From the NCBI GenBank assembly GCA_950097015.1, contig CATNEN010000038.1, positions 5,394,001 to 5,458,000 on the forward strand: a stretch of 64,000 nt of DNA, written 5' to 3'. Position numbers and translations under genes: made by a program. Each line of letters opens with the position of its first letter. Position 1 is the stretch's first letter. The DNA comes from Macrostomum hystrix (Eukaryota > Animalia > Platyhelminthes). This document shows, piece after piece, positions 1-10,459 of the stretch. Below the pieces are notes generated by a model that did no database searches, was not told where the DNA came from, and saw nothing but the letters and a program-made list of their open reading frames with translations.

Positions 1-53
1 TGCTGTGCTGGAACGCCGTCCAGTGCGGGGACTTGGGGAGGACGCAATACTAA
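1..53 (+). CDS. Possible 3' end of an upstream gene (…LCWNAVQCGDLGRTQY*), convergent with MDC1
   Basis: GC-rich open frame from base 3 to TAA at 51-53, followed by AT-rich sequence; too short to identify. Confidence 0.2.
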   Translation, partial: LCWNAVQCGDLGRTQY

Positions 54-1164
54 CAAGCCAATTTCTAACCCGGGTAAATTCTTTTGCGAAATGTACACAA
101 GCATGCCTATCTAGCAATGGGTAAACTAAAGCTGTGAGCGCTTGGGAAAAAACTTGCAAAAAATATTGGATAGGACAAAACTGGCTTATCTTTCGCTTCC
201 TTCGCAATCAACTATCGTATTGACACTGCTCCGGATAAGACAATTCAAGGCGAGAAGGGGTGGCAAGAATTGCAACAAAACAATTTTAGCAGTTTTTTGT
301 TCGCTATTCTACATTATGTGGTCCTCTATAGAAGGCCTGCTACTAGTTTTTTAGTGCTTTGCATCTGGTTCCTTAGCGAACTCGCTGAACGAAAGATTAC
401 GTTTTTTCTCAGCCACTTTAGAATAAGGCCCACACGAAGAGTGATAAAGAGGATTTTACAGAACAACTCAATTCTAAAGCTGTAAAGAATGTTGCAATGT
501 CTAACCAAATTGGATATTAAGGAAAAGTTGATACTAAAAAATGCATAGTCTAGCAATCCTAATAATCAATATTATTATTCAATTATTAGTACTACTAAAT
601 GTAACGAATTGCTCTTTTGCCCTCTGGCAAAGAATTAAATGTCGCCAATTTATGAAGACTCAATATGAGCAGAGTCAACGCTGAATAAATATTGGAGTAG
701 CGAACTCACTGGACAAACAATTATAAAATTGAGGAGTCCGTTAGATTGAAAATAAAAAGTTTGTTATATTATTTAATTATACTTTCATACATACATATAT
801 GTTTAGCAATGTTGCAGATAAATATGAGTTATGGCACTAGTTCATTATAGGTTGTTAAATGTTCAGAATAGAGTGAATATAAGAATTAGAAATGCAGTTC
901 GTTACCTAAAATATTGATAACAAAATAGAGCAAGATTTACTACGAAAAGATGAAAAGATTTGCTGAAAATTACGATAGCAGATCGCAGTAAAGTTCTGGA
1001 TATAAATAAACAAGCAGAATGACAGCAAAGCACGTATGAATCAAGCAAAACAAATGCGCCGGTGTGAATGTTAAGAGTAGTATATTCCTATAGATATGCT
1101 TCGGTGTGAATATACATATACAGACCAAAACTTTACAGCTCAGCAAAGCAGATGACTACATAGA

Positions 1165-1302
1165 GGCATAGTCTAGCAATCCAACGCATAGTGTTGCAAT
1201 CCAACGAATATTCTAGCAATCCAACGTAGAGTCTTGCAATCCTAATGCATAGTCTAGCAATCCTAATGCATAGTCTAGCAATCCTAATGCATAGTCTAGC
1301 AA
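1165..1302. repeat. 21-bp minisatellite (atgcatagtctagcaatccta), 3' of MDC1
   Basis: Direct tandem units; a solo copy lies at 541-561. Confidence 0.85.
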
Positions 1303-1343
1303 TTGTAACGTCTATCCTCGCTACCCAAGCGATCCCGAAGCTT

Positions 1344-4300
1344 TCAGCGCATAGCAAAGGCCTCCCTGTCCAGTTGTCCCTTCAACACGCCAGAGAGAAG
1401 AGCCTCGACCTGCAGGGCGCAGACACCAGCCGGCAAACGCGCCAGTGTCTTGGCGTCGGCGTCGCAGGCGAACACCAGGCTGCACGACTTCAGGGCGCCG
1501 ACACCGACGCCGACGAAGCGACCGCCGGCGCTGGCGACAATCTGGGCCAGACTGGACGGCTCCGGCCGCACCGAGGGAGTAGCGGCCACCGACTGGCCGG
1601 CCAGCAGTGGCGGACCTCGGCGCGATCTCTCGCAGGCGTCGGCTAGGTTGACGCCGAACTCTGTCTCGCCGGCCACAGGATATTTGGCGCCTCCGAGGCC
1701 GCAGTCAAGAAATTTTCCGGCAGTCCGACAGTCGGTCAGCCACTGGACGCTGACCACGGGAACACCGCGTGCCACGCAGCAGAGCAGCTTGACTGTGCGA
1801 CGAACCCGGTCAGTGACCAGGTGGGTGGCTTCAGACGGCGACTCCGTGACCCGACCACCCAATCGGCGGACAAGCGGCACTAAAGTCGACTCGTCCACGC
1901 CAGTAAACAACACGACGACGTCACCGTTAGCAGCCGCCGATGTCGACCTCTTGCGAGCGGGCTCTTCGACGCTCCCGTTGTCGTCAATGTCGGTGGCTCG
2001 TCTCCGGCGCTTGTTAGTGGTGCCAGCTTCGCTTCCACCGCGCGTTGACGATCCATCATCTTTGTCAGCTGTTGCTTCTGTCTTTCTTTGCTGACGTTGC
2101 CGACCACGCGAAGGCCGGGCCTCGGCAGCGACGGAGGAGGCGACTGTCGACGACTCCGACAAAGTCTGGCTCGCATTTTCAGCTGCTGAACTTGCGCGGC
2201 TACTGGCAGCCGCTATGCCGCGGGTTGCTTTGGCAACGGGTGGCTCTGCTTCTGGATTCGGAGGCGGTGCCTCCTTGGTATCGGTAGTCTTAGTTTGACT
2301 CTTTTTAGACCTTCCTCTTGCGCGAGTTGGTTCAGCTTGAGGAGATTTCGGTTCTTGCTTCACTTCAGGTTCGGCTGGAGCTTCGGTGAGAATTGTCTTT
2401 GTTTCTCTCTTTGTAGTTCTCGTAATCGATGACGCTCCTTGCTTGGAAGATTCTTGATCGGTTGCTTGCTCTGCTGAAACTTCGGCAGCGCTAGTCTTTG
2501 TCTCAATCTTAGCTGCTCTGCCACGCGAAGCCACGGGAATCGTTGATGGTTCGGCCTTCAGTTTGAATTGCCTGGTTGGCACCTCGATCCGTTCGTCAGC
2601 TTTACTGGTCTTTGCTTTGTCTCTAGCCGTCCTGCCGCGAGAAGTCTTGGGACTGGTCGATACTGAAGCTAAATCGGACGACGCTTCGGGTAGTTCAGGG
2701 TCGGCGTCAATAGTCTTTGGTAAATCACTCCGATCGAGAGGGACTTTCATTTCAGCCGCCGCTTGTGTTGACGTTTCTAGGTTTTCAGCGGCGTGACCAG
2801 CGGTCATTAAACCTTGAACCTTTATTGAACCTTTATTGCCCTGCAGAGAGCGCTTGGCAGCTGCTTGGCCAGCCGAAGTCTCGGAGTCTTTGTCTTTGTT
2901 GTTATACTTTGTCCGAGTTTGCCTACTACCGAATGTCGGCTTGGTGGCGTCGGACTGCGATCCTCCGTGATCAGCAACGTCTGCCTGGCTGATCGAATCG
3001 GCGCGCCGCTTCTTAGCCCGACGACTGCCGGAGTCTTCATCGTCCTGCTGCTCCCGCTGCTGACTGCCGCGCTGGGAATGCCGCACACTTTGAGCAGGGC
3101 TGGCTACAGCAGACTCCAATGCTAGCTGTTCAACTTTACTCTCTACCAATTGCTCTGTGCTTTTCGGGGAGGTACCCGTGTTTGACGATTTCGACATCCT
3201 GGACCTGGACGATGTTGGTGTATTCGCGGCAATCGCGCCTATAGTTTCAGATGCTATAGAAGAAGTGTTTCGAGTTTGCCTGCTTGGCGAAGCACTCGGA
3301 GTGACAACAGAGTCAGTCTTGAGCAGTTCACTAGTCTTTGTCGGAGTTTTGACTCGCTCTGCCACGGGTAGCTCCGGGGAGTTTGCAAGATTTAAACCGT
3401 CTGCGTCATCCGAGGTCTTTGCTGCCTCCTCGGCCTCAATCGAACGCTTAGACGCCCGTCCGCCGCCGCGTCCACGACCGCGCCCGCGAGTCGCGGTAGA
3501 ACGTCCGACGGCAACTTTCGGCTCCGGAAGCGAGTCGTCGCTATTAGCTTCGTTTGGTAAGCCTCCGCCGCCTCCGCCGCAGCCGCGAGCGCCTCCCCTG
3601 CCGCGGCCGCGGCCGCGGCCCCTGCCTCTCCCTCGACCCCGGCCGCCGCCTTCACCAGCAGCGAAGGACTCATCAGCCTCGGCTTTGCAAAGCCAGCCGT
3701 CGCGACCGCCGACACCGCTATGACCACCGCTGCTCATGGAAGAGGCCACAGCAGCGGCGGCATCAGCGGCAGCAGACGCAGTCGTAGTCGGCGTTGTCTT
3801 TAATTTAGTCGGCGACGGCGACACGCCAGCGGAAGACGACGACGACGAAGACTCAACTCGAGGTCGTCGACCAGCGCCTAGCCTGCCGATTGGAACAGAC
3901 GGCGACATGGCCAGCACGGCAGGCTGAGTCGCCTGGCTCAGCGGAGCCTCTTCATCAATCAGATCCATCTCTGGCGGCGGGCATTTCAGGCTTAACTCCG
4001 CTGACTCCTGAGCTACATTACTGGCCTCAGCAGGTGCCGAGACCTTCAAAGCCGCTGACGGCAAGGCCTGCGTCTCCATGCCAAACAATGCTGCGTCCTC
4101 ATCAGCATTTTCCACGGCGTCATCACTGCCATCTTCGGCAGCTTCTGGCGCCTTTTTTGCCGCGAATGGAGGCCAGTCGAGTCGCTGAGTGGCTGCTGAG
4201 AACAGCAAAGAGTCGCAGACAAATCCAGCCGCCTTCGGCTTCGTGCTGGCACTGCGATCCTCGTCGCTGCTGTCCTGTCGATTAGCTTCGGCGGCATCGC

Positions 4301-5408
4301 TGAAAAGACGAAACGCCCCAGTGGCTCCCCGATTCTGGCCAATGTCGGCCATAGGAGAGGCATCGAGGCCAGTGGGAGGAAGCGGCACAGTGGCGGAGAC
4401 AGTCGGTGAGCCAGCTGGAACGGGAAGAGTGTCAGTGGCCGATGCCAACAGTGACAGGTTGTGGCCTGTCGCATCCGAGTCCTTGGCGGCAGCGTAGGTG
4501 TCGGCAGTCAGCGGCACGGTTGGCGTTGCTGGCACGACAGACGCACCAAGAATATCCTCAATGCGCTCCGTCGACTGCATCAGCAGAACAGAGTCTGGAA
4601 CAACCATTGCTGACCGATGCTGAGGCGGTGGCGTCTCTTCCACCGCAGTGGCCGCCTCTTTGTCGGTGCGCTGTTCGTCGCTGTCGCTGTTGTGACTGTC
4701 CTCGGCCAGCAGTACGGTGGCGATGGCGGCGGTGCCCTGTGCCCCAGCCCGAGAGTCCATTGTGACAGCTGCTGATACGGCAGCGGTGGAATCCTCGATG
4801 TCCGTCTCCCGGTCGTCGTCCTCCTCGTCCACGTCTCTAGCTGGCGGCGGTGGCGGAGTGCTTGGCGCAAAGAACTGGCTCTGCTCCATCAGCAGCGCCT
4901 CTCGCGTTTCGTCGCCTTGATCGGCGTCGTCAATTAGACCGGGCGACTTCGCCAGCGGTGCCGGCTGCGGCGGTGGAGGCGGCGTCGGTTGCCTCGGCTT
5001 TGGGATCGCCAGCAATTCGAAGCGGCACAGGACGAAGCCGAAGCGCAGCTGGTCGCCGTGTCGCAGGTCGTAACGAATCTGCGGCTTCAGCGGCAAGTCG
5101 TTCTTCCTAGTCCGATTGGTGGAGTGCAGATCGTACACCAGCTGCTGCTGCTGCTGCTGTTGATGCTCCAGCTCGATGCAGGCGTGCCGGGCGGAGACAG
5201 ACGGATCGTCAATGCGCACCGCGCACTGCTCCATGCGGCCTATGATGTTCTCGCCGATGTACAGCGGGTGCGCTGAGCCGTCCCGCTGCAGCACCAGTTG
5301 GGCTGGAGGAGCTCGCTTATCGGCATCTCCCGAGTCGCTTTCATCTGAGTCTGCGCAGGCGTCAAACTGCTGAGTGCACAGCACCTGAGTGCTGGGGAAA
5401 TTTGCGGC
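1344..5408 (-). CDS. MDC1: Mediator of DNA damage checkpoint protein 1 (FHA + tandem BRCT), single ~4.07 kb coding exon
   Basis: N-terminal FHA (GENIIGR…SVSARHACI…DLHSTNRT…LRHGDQLRFG). C-terminal tandem BRCT VLFTGV…LGG…ATHLVTDRVRRTVKLLCCVARGVPVVSVQWL closely resembles human MDC1. Long disordered S/TQ-rich linker. Exon begins after acceptor cattgcag| at 5408; no in-frame ATG upstream (in-frame TAG at 5466-5468). Confidence 0.9.
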   Translation of the reverse strand, partial: AANFPSTQVLCTQQFDACADSDESDSGDADKRAPPAQLVLQRDGSAHPLYIGENIIGRMEQCAVRIDDPSVSARHACIELEHQQQQQQQLVYDLHSTNRTRKNDLPLKPQIRYDLRHGDQLRFGFVLCRFELLAIPKPRQPTPPPPPQPAPLAKSPGLIDDADQGDETREALLMEQSQFFAPSTPPPPPARDVDEEDDDRETDIEDSTAAVSAAVTMDSRAGAQGTAAIATVLLAEDSHNSDSDEQRTDKEAATAVEETPPPQHRSAMVVPDSVLLMQSTERIEDILGASVVPATPTVPLTADTYAAAKDSDATGHNLSLLASATDTLPVPAGSPTVSATVPLPPTGLDASPMADIGQNRGATGAFRLFSDAAEANRQDSSDEDRSASTKPKAAGFVCDSLLFSAATQRLDWPPFAAKKAPEAAEDGSDDAVENADEDAALFGMETQALPSAALKVSAPAEASNVAQESAELSLKCPPPEMDLIDEEAPLSQATQPAVLAMSPSVPIGRLGAGRRPRVESSSSSSSAGVSPSPTKLKTTPTTTASAAADAAAAVASSMSSGGHSGVGGRDGWLCKAEADESFAAGEGGGRGRGRGRGRGRGRGRGGARGCGGGGGGLPNEANSDDSLPEPKVAVGRSTATRGRGRGRGGGRASKRSIEAEEAAKTSDDADGLNLANSPELPVAERVKTPTKTSELLKTDSVVTPSASPSRQTRNTSSIASETIGAIAANTPTSSRSRMSKSSNTGTSPKSTEQLVESKVEQLALESAVASPAQSVRHSQRGSQQREQQDDEDSGSRRAKKRRADSISQADVADHGGSQSDATKPTFGSRQTRTKYNNKDKDSETSAGQAAAKRSLQGNKGSIKVQGLMTAGHAAENLETSTQAAAEMKVPLDRSDLPKTIDADPELPEASSDLASVSTSPKTSRGRTARDKAKTSKADERIEVPTRQFKLKAEPSTIPVASRGRAAKIETKTSAAEVSAEQATDQESSKQGASSITRTTKRETKTILTEAPAEPEVKQEPKSPQAEPTRARGRSKKSQTKTTDTKEAPPPNPEAEPPVAKATRGIAAASSRASSAAENASQTLSESSTVASSVAAEARPSRGRQRQQRKTEATADKDDGSSTRGGSEAGTTNKRRRRATDIDDNGSVEEPARKRSTSAAANGDVVVLFTGVDESTLVPLVRRLGGRVTESPSEATHLVTDRVRRTVKLLCCVARGVPVVSVQWLTDCRTAGKFLDCGLGGAKYPVAGETEFGVNLADACERSRRGPPLLAGQSVAATPSVRPEPSSLAQIVASAGGRFVGVGVGALKSCSLVFACDADAKTLARLPAGVCALQVEALLSGVLKGQLDREAFAMR

Positions 5409-5416
5409 CTGCAATG
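5409..5416 (-). promoter_or_regulatory. Unpaired 3' splice acceptor (putative SL trans-splice site) of MDC1
   Basis: cattgcag| directly abuts GCC GCA AAT in phase 0. The same octamer is the acceptor of an otoferlin exon at 52188-52195. Confidence 0.6.
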
Positions 5417-5565
5417 CGAATTCAGGAATCAGTTGGCAGTGCTGGCACCCGTCATCACCAACCCGCTAGCCGCGGTCGGCTGCAGTTCTATTCTTAATCC
5501 TACAAGTTTCTACTCTCACCGGATCTTTAAATCCCTATATATTTATTTTCTTCCCTGATCCTATC

Positions 5566-5982
5566 TCTATCTATCTATCTATTTGCAGGGGGGCCCGGGG
5601 CACTTGTCGCACAAGCGACGGAGCAGCACGCCCCCAGACTAGGCGCTTTTGCGCCCATCGCGCCGCCTACCCTGAGCAGGCACCACACACAGCAGCACAG
5701 ACCAGCCGGGGAGGGCAGGAGGCACCCAGAATAGGCAGCAGTGCCCCCCACCCCAGCCCCACACGCACATAGCAGACCAAGCCGGGGCGGAAGGCTGATA
5801 AGAAATCAGTCCTCAGGGGGGGCCGGGTGATGAGTGTACACTTATCCAATCGCGCTGACGGAAGTCCAGAAAGCGCGCGGCGGTGTACACCCGCCCTCCA
5901 GCCACCCCCGCAAGGTCTCACGCCGCAGCGCCAAGGCACACAACTCACACAACGCAGAACAGGCACACAGAAAGGTATAGGA
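5566..5982 (-). mobile_element. GC-rich ~400 bp non-LTR retroposon/SINE-like element, copy 1
   Basis: Near-identical to 54738-55157. (ATAG)n tail on the minus strand. Flanked by a 14-bp direct repeat tccctgatcctatc (5552-5565 and 5983-5996), consistent with a TSD. Confidence 0.8.
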
Positions 5983-5995
5983 TCCCTGATCCTAT

Positions 5996-6208
5996 CACTT
6001 TCTACCCTAATCCTATCATTTTCAACTTTAACCCGATGTCTAACCCTTATATAATCATTTTCTACCCTAATCTAATTATTTTCTTCCCCAATCTAATCAT
6101 TTTCTACCCTAATCTAATCATTTTCTACCCTTATCAAATCTTTTTCTACCCCAATCTAATCATTTTATACCCTCATCTAATCATTTTCTATCACTACCTA
6201 TCATTTTC
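5996..6208. repeat. Degenerate ~21-bp minisatellite (ttttctaccctaatctaatca)
   Basis: Direct tandem units. Confidence 0.75.
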
Positions 6209-6668
6209 TTTTTTTTCTAGACTTTTCTGGAATATCAGTTAAAATAAAGAAACAAATTGACACGTGGCCCCTATAAAACAGGCACAAAAATACAGGAACA
6301 AAAGAGCACACAAGTCACAATGACTCGATTATATAATTTTCTAAATAAGTCACAGAACACAAAAAACGCGATGATCTAGCAATGGAAAATATGCAAATTG
6401 TCAGAAAAATTTGCCTCAGGTTTCAGGTCAACAGGCACTCCCACTGTCCAAGTTCTGGGTTTTCGAAATGAGATGCTCTGCATTTTCGACATCAACAAAC
6501 TGCAGTAAACTCAGCGGGCCTTGGGTAACCTGTTAAATTCTCAGAGGACGCAAGGGTGCGACTGAAATGTTTACACCACACATCCATAATCCCTAATTCA
6601 GATGCTTTATACATCAAGTCTAGATAAAACAATTTCAAAGTTTCCCATCGCTTGTCCAGCCACAGTGG

Positions 6669-8968
6669 TCAATTGAAGAAGTCGGCCACCTCCTCCAGCT
6701 CCCGCTCCTTGGCCTGCTGGGCGGCCCAGCGGGACTCCAGCACGCGGGCGGAGGTGCGGAACTGTTCGTGACAGACGGGCTGGTCGCAGCCGGGGTGCCG
6801 GCAGGGCTTGCCATCGGGCCGGTAGGGCGGCGATGTCATGTATGTCTTCAGGCAGACGGTGTGGTACAGGTGTCCGCAGGCCACAAACTCCAGCTCAGCC
6901 TTTGAATCGTCAGCGGCCGACGAAGTCTCCGCAGAAGCCGCCAGCAGGGCCGACTTCTGGCACACCGGGCACCGCTGGCTGGCGCAGCCGCGCAAGAACT
7001 GGAAGACGAACTCGGCGACTGGCAGTAGGCAGGGCGAAGGCTGCCAGGCGGCCGCCTGCTGACGCAGCCGCTTGTCGTTGCCGCGGTAGGTTGGCCGCTC
7101 GACGCAGCGTCGGGCAATTTCGGCGGATCTGGCCACCGCCTGACGGGCCACCGGCTTTGGCAGGTTGGAGGAGACCAGCTCCACCTGCGGGGGGATAGTT
7201 AAATTAGCGATAGGGATCTTGTCACCTGTGAATGAGGATATTGTTACCCGTGTGAATGAGGACATTGTTACCCGTGTGAATGAGGATATTGTCAATTGGG
7301 AATGGGGATCTTGTCAACTGTGAATGGGGATCTTGTCAATTGTGAATGGGGATATTGTCATCTGTGAATGGGGATCTTGTCAATTGTGAATGGGGATCTT
7401 GTCATCTGTGAATGGGGATCTTGTCAATTGTGAATGGGGATATTGTCATCTGTGAATGGGGATCTTGTCAATTGTGAATGGGGATCTTGTCATCTGTGAA
7501 TGGGGATCTTGTCAATTGTGAATGGGGATCTTGTCATCTGTGAATGGGGATCTTGTCAATTGTGAATGGGGATCTTGTCATCTGTGAATGGGGATCTTGT
7601 CATCTGTGAATGGGGATCTTGTCAACTGTGAATGGGGAACTAGTCAACTGTGAATGGGGATATTGTCAACTGTGAATGGGAATATTGTCAACTGTGAATG
7701 GGGATCTTGTCAACTGTGAATGGGGATCGCACTCACTTCAGTTCGTGACTCTGGATAGTCGTTGGGCAGTGTGAGCTGCAGGCTCAGCCGCCAGTCGGAC
7801 TTAGCCGCGGTCAGCAGCACCCGGGACTCGGCCTGCACCAGTTTGATCCTGTCACCGTCCTGACGATCCAGCAGGCGCGACTTGATCTCCGCGATCTCCT
7901 CGGCGGCAGAGCATAGCGGATTATCGCGCAGCCAGTTGTGCACGAAGGCCACCGTGCGGGCGACCTGCGGCCCGCCGTCCGCCTTCTCGGCTTCGGCCTC
8001 GGCCAGCTGTGCCAGGCCGTCAGTGAGCTTCTGGCTGAGCGACTTGCTGCGGATTTCGGCGACAAGTCGACTGGCCGGATAGCCGACGGGCAGGTGACAG
8101 CACAGGACCAGCGTCTTCTTGGCTGAGAAACTCACCTAAACAGTTCGAGTGTGCAGGTATACCGTAAATATTTGGATTAATGCTTCCTGTCATTCCCAAT
8201 GCAGGATCTGGATTCAGGATCCTAATTTGGAATTCCAAAATATAAGGATCGGAATTAGTGATTTTTTATGTGGGATCTAAATTAGGTATGTCGGATATGA
8301 ATTAAGGATTTTTCATTTAGGATCTGATCTAAGGATTCCAAAATGTGGTATCTGAATTCGTGATTCTAAAATGTGGTATATGAATTCGGGATTCTAAAAT
8401 GTGGTATATGAATTCGTGATTCTAAAATGTGGTATATGAATTCGTGATTCTAAAATGTGGTATATGAATTCGTGATTCTAAAATGTGATATCTGAATTCG
8501 TGATTCTAAAATGTGGTATCTGAATTCGTGATTCTAAAATGTGGTATATGAATTCGTGATTCTAAAATGTGGTATCTGAATTCGTGATTCTAAAATGTGA
8601 TATCTGAATTCGTGATTCTGAAATGTGGTATATGAATTCGTGATTCTAAAATGTGGTATATGAATTCGGGCTAAAAATTATGCGACATTTACTTAGGGTT
8701 CTAAAAATAGGATTTTAATTTCGAATTAAATTAGACTGAATCTGAATTTGAGATCGCAATAAGCTTCAATTGTAAAATGAAGTCATTAGGGAAGAAAACA
8801 CGAAGAGCTGCAGATAGTCACCTGAAACCTCAGTGTAGCATCCAGCCTAGCTTCAAGCTTGGCATTCGGCAGAGATTTGAGCACACCCCCTAGCCTGGCC
8901 AGCTCCTGCTCTGCCTCCTGTGACAGTGCAGTCGGGGTCGCCTTTCTGTTAAGTGCCGCCTCCCCCAT
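6669..8968 (-). CDS. Tandem RWD-like domains + RING-H2 protein (putative E3 ligase), 3 exons, ~353 aa
   Basis: Exons 8968-8822, 8135-7737, 7184-6669 join in phase 0 with GT-AG boundaries. Two RWD-type YP motifs (LPVGYP, LPNDYP). C-terminal CPVC…CGHLYHTVC…CRHPGC. Confidence 0.75.
7212..7728. repeat. 22-bp minisatellite (tgtgaatggggatcttgtcaat), RWD-RING intron 2
   Basis: Direct tandem units. Confidence 0.95.
8335..8668. repeat. 28-bp minisatellite (ttctaaaatgtggtatatgaattcgtga), RWD-RING intron 1
   Basis: Direct tandem units. Confidence 0.95.
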
Positions 8969-9194
8969 GTTGCTGCTCCTAGCTGCTGCAACCTGGTCTC
9001 CGAGCTGCTGCTCTCCGGTTCCAGTTTTGAACAGGTAAGAACTCTCTATGGGATTTGCGCCACAGTCGCTGCGAGCGGCTTCGTTCCGCGTTGGTTTCCA
9101 GGGAGAGCTTGGCCAGCTGATAATAAAGCTGCAGTGATTTTTTATTCATTCGTTAGCGTCTGCGTACCTTATGTTCCTGACCTGGACATAACAG

Positions 9195-9468
9195 CTCGCT
9201 TATCTACCTGTCTGAGATGCCTGTTCGATTATCTACCTGTCTGAGATGCCTGCTCGCTTATCTACCTGTCTGAGATGCCTGCCCACTTATCTACCTGTCT
9301 GTCCTACCTTATCTACCTGTCTGAGATGCCTGTCCTACCTTATCTACCTGTCTGTCCTACCTTATCTACCTGTCTGAGATGCCTGTCCTACCTTATCTAC
9401 CTGTCTGAGATGCCTGTCCTACCTTATCTACCTGTCTGAGATGCCTGTCATACCTTATCTACCTGTCT
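9195..9468. repeat. ~31-bp minisatellite (cttatctacctgtctgagatgcctgtcctac)
   Basis: Direct tandem units with internal deletions. Confidence 0.9.
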
Positions 9469-9766
9469 GTTGGTCTGTCTTGCTGTCTGTCTATAAAAGA
9501 GCAGCACATAACGTAAGCCATAATTCGTATTCCCTAGGTAATTGGTCTGAAGCAGGGCACACTGAATTATTGAATTTATATAGCAGACAGTTCTCAGAAA
9601 TGCCAGATATCTCACCTACATAACTCTCACACAGAGCTCTAACTTATTGATGAGCTCATTGATCGGCAGAGTAAACATAGGCAAAGTTACTTGGAAACAA
9701 AACCAGATTGATTGTCCGGGAACTAGGGTAGTTAGAAACTGCCGAAGCTATGAAGGATTGGGATTA

Positions 9767-10067
9767 GATGGAATCAGCCGAAGGATTGAGGTTAGATGGA
9801 AACAGCCGAAGCTCTGAATGATCGGGGTTGGATGGAATCAGCCGAAGCTTTGAAGGATCGGGCTTGGATGGAATCAGCCGAAGCTCTGAAGGATCGGGGT
9901 TGAATGGAATCAGCCGAAGCTCTGAAGGATCGGGGTTGGATGGAATCAGCCGAAGCTTTGAAGGATCGGGCTTGGATGGAATCAGCCGAAGCTCTGAAGG
10001 ATCGGGGTTGAATGGAATCAGCCGAAGCTCTGAAGGATCGGGGTTGAATGGAATCAGCCGAAGCTCT
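9767..10067. repeat. 36-bp minisatellite (gatggaatcagccgaagctctgaaggatcggggttg)
   Basis: Direct tandem units. Confidence 0.95.
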
Positions 10068-10459
10068 ATTACCTAGACCTAGATAACTAACAAAAGTTAT
10101 AAGATATGTTCAGTAAAATCAATCAACAAGCACAATACCGACTACACTAATAAATTTACCAGTTGACCAGTTAATGTGTATTTAGATTGAAATACATTAC
10201 ATTAAAGTCATCTAGTGATAGCTACATGACGGAAATGCCATCACCAAGGTTATATAGTGAAGAATAATCACTCAATTGACTAAAAACATTTTACTTATAG
10301 AAAACTATATGTACTATAGCTTTTATAAATAAATAAATACATATATTATCCGAAGATCTTCAAATATAGAGGCCATTGCACCTAATTTTGGCACATAAAA
10401 TATTGGGCAGGTACAGACCTTGAAGGCGCGCGCTAGGTGCCCAGCTAGTAGGGAAGTAA

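Noticed and set aside
1450-5373. Numerous + strand ORFs overlapping MDC1
   Set aside because: Antisense shadows of GC-rich coding sequence with no recognisable domains.
5845-5880. Hammerhead ribozyme in the GC-rich retroposon (ctgacgg…gaaa)
   Set aside because: The CUGANGA core is not met and the stem II/III geometry does not fit.
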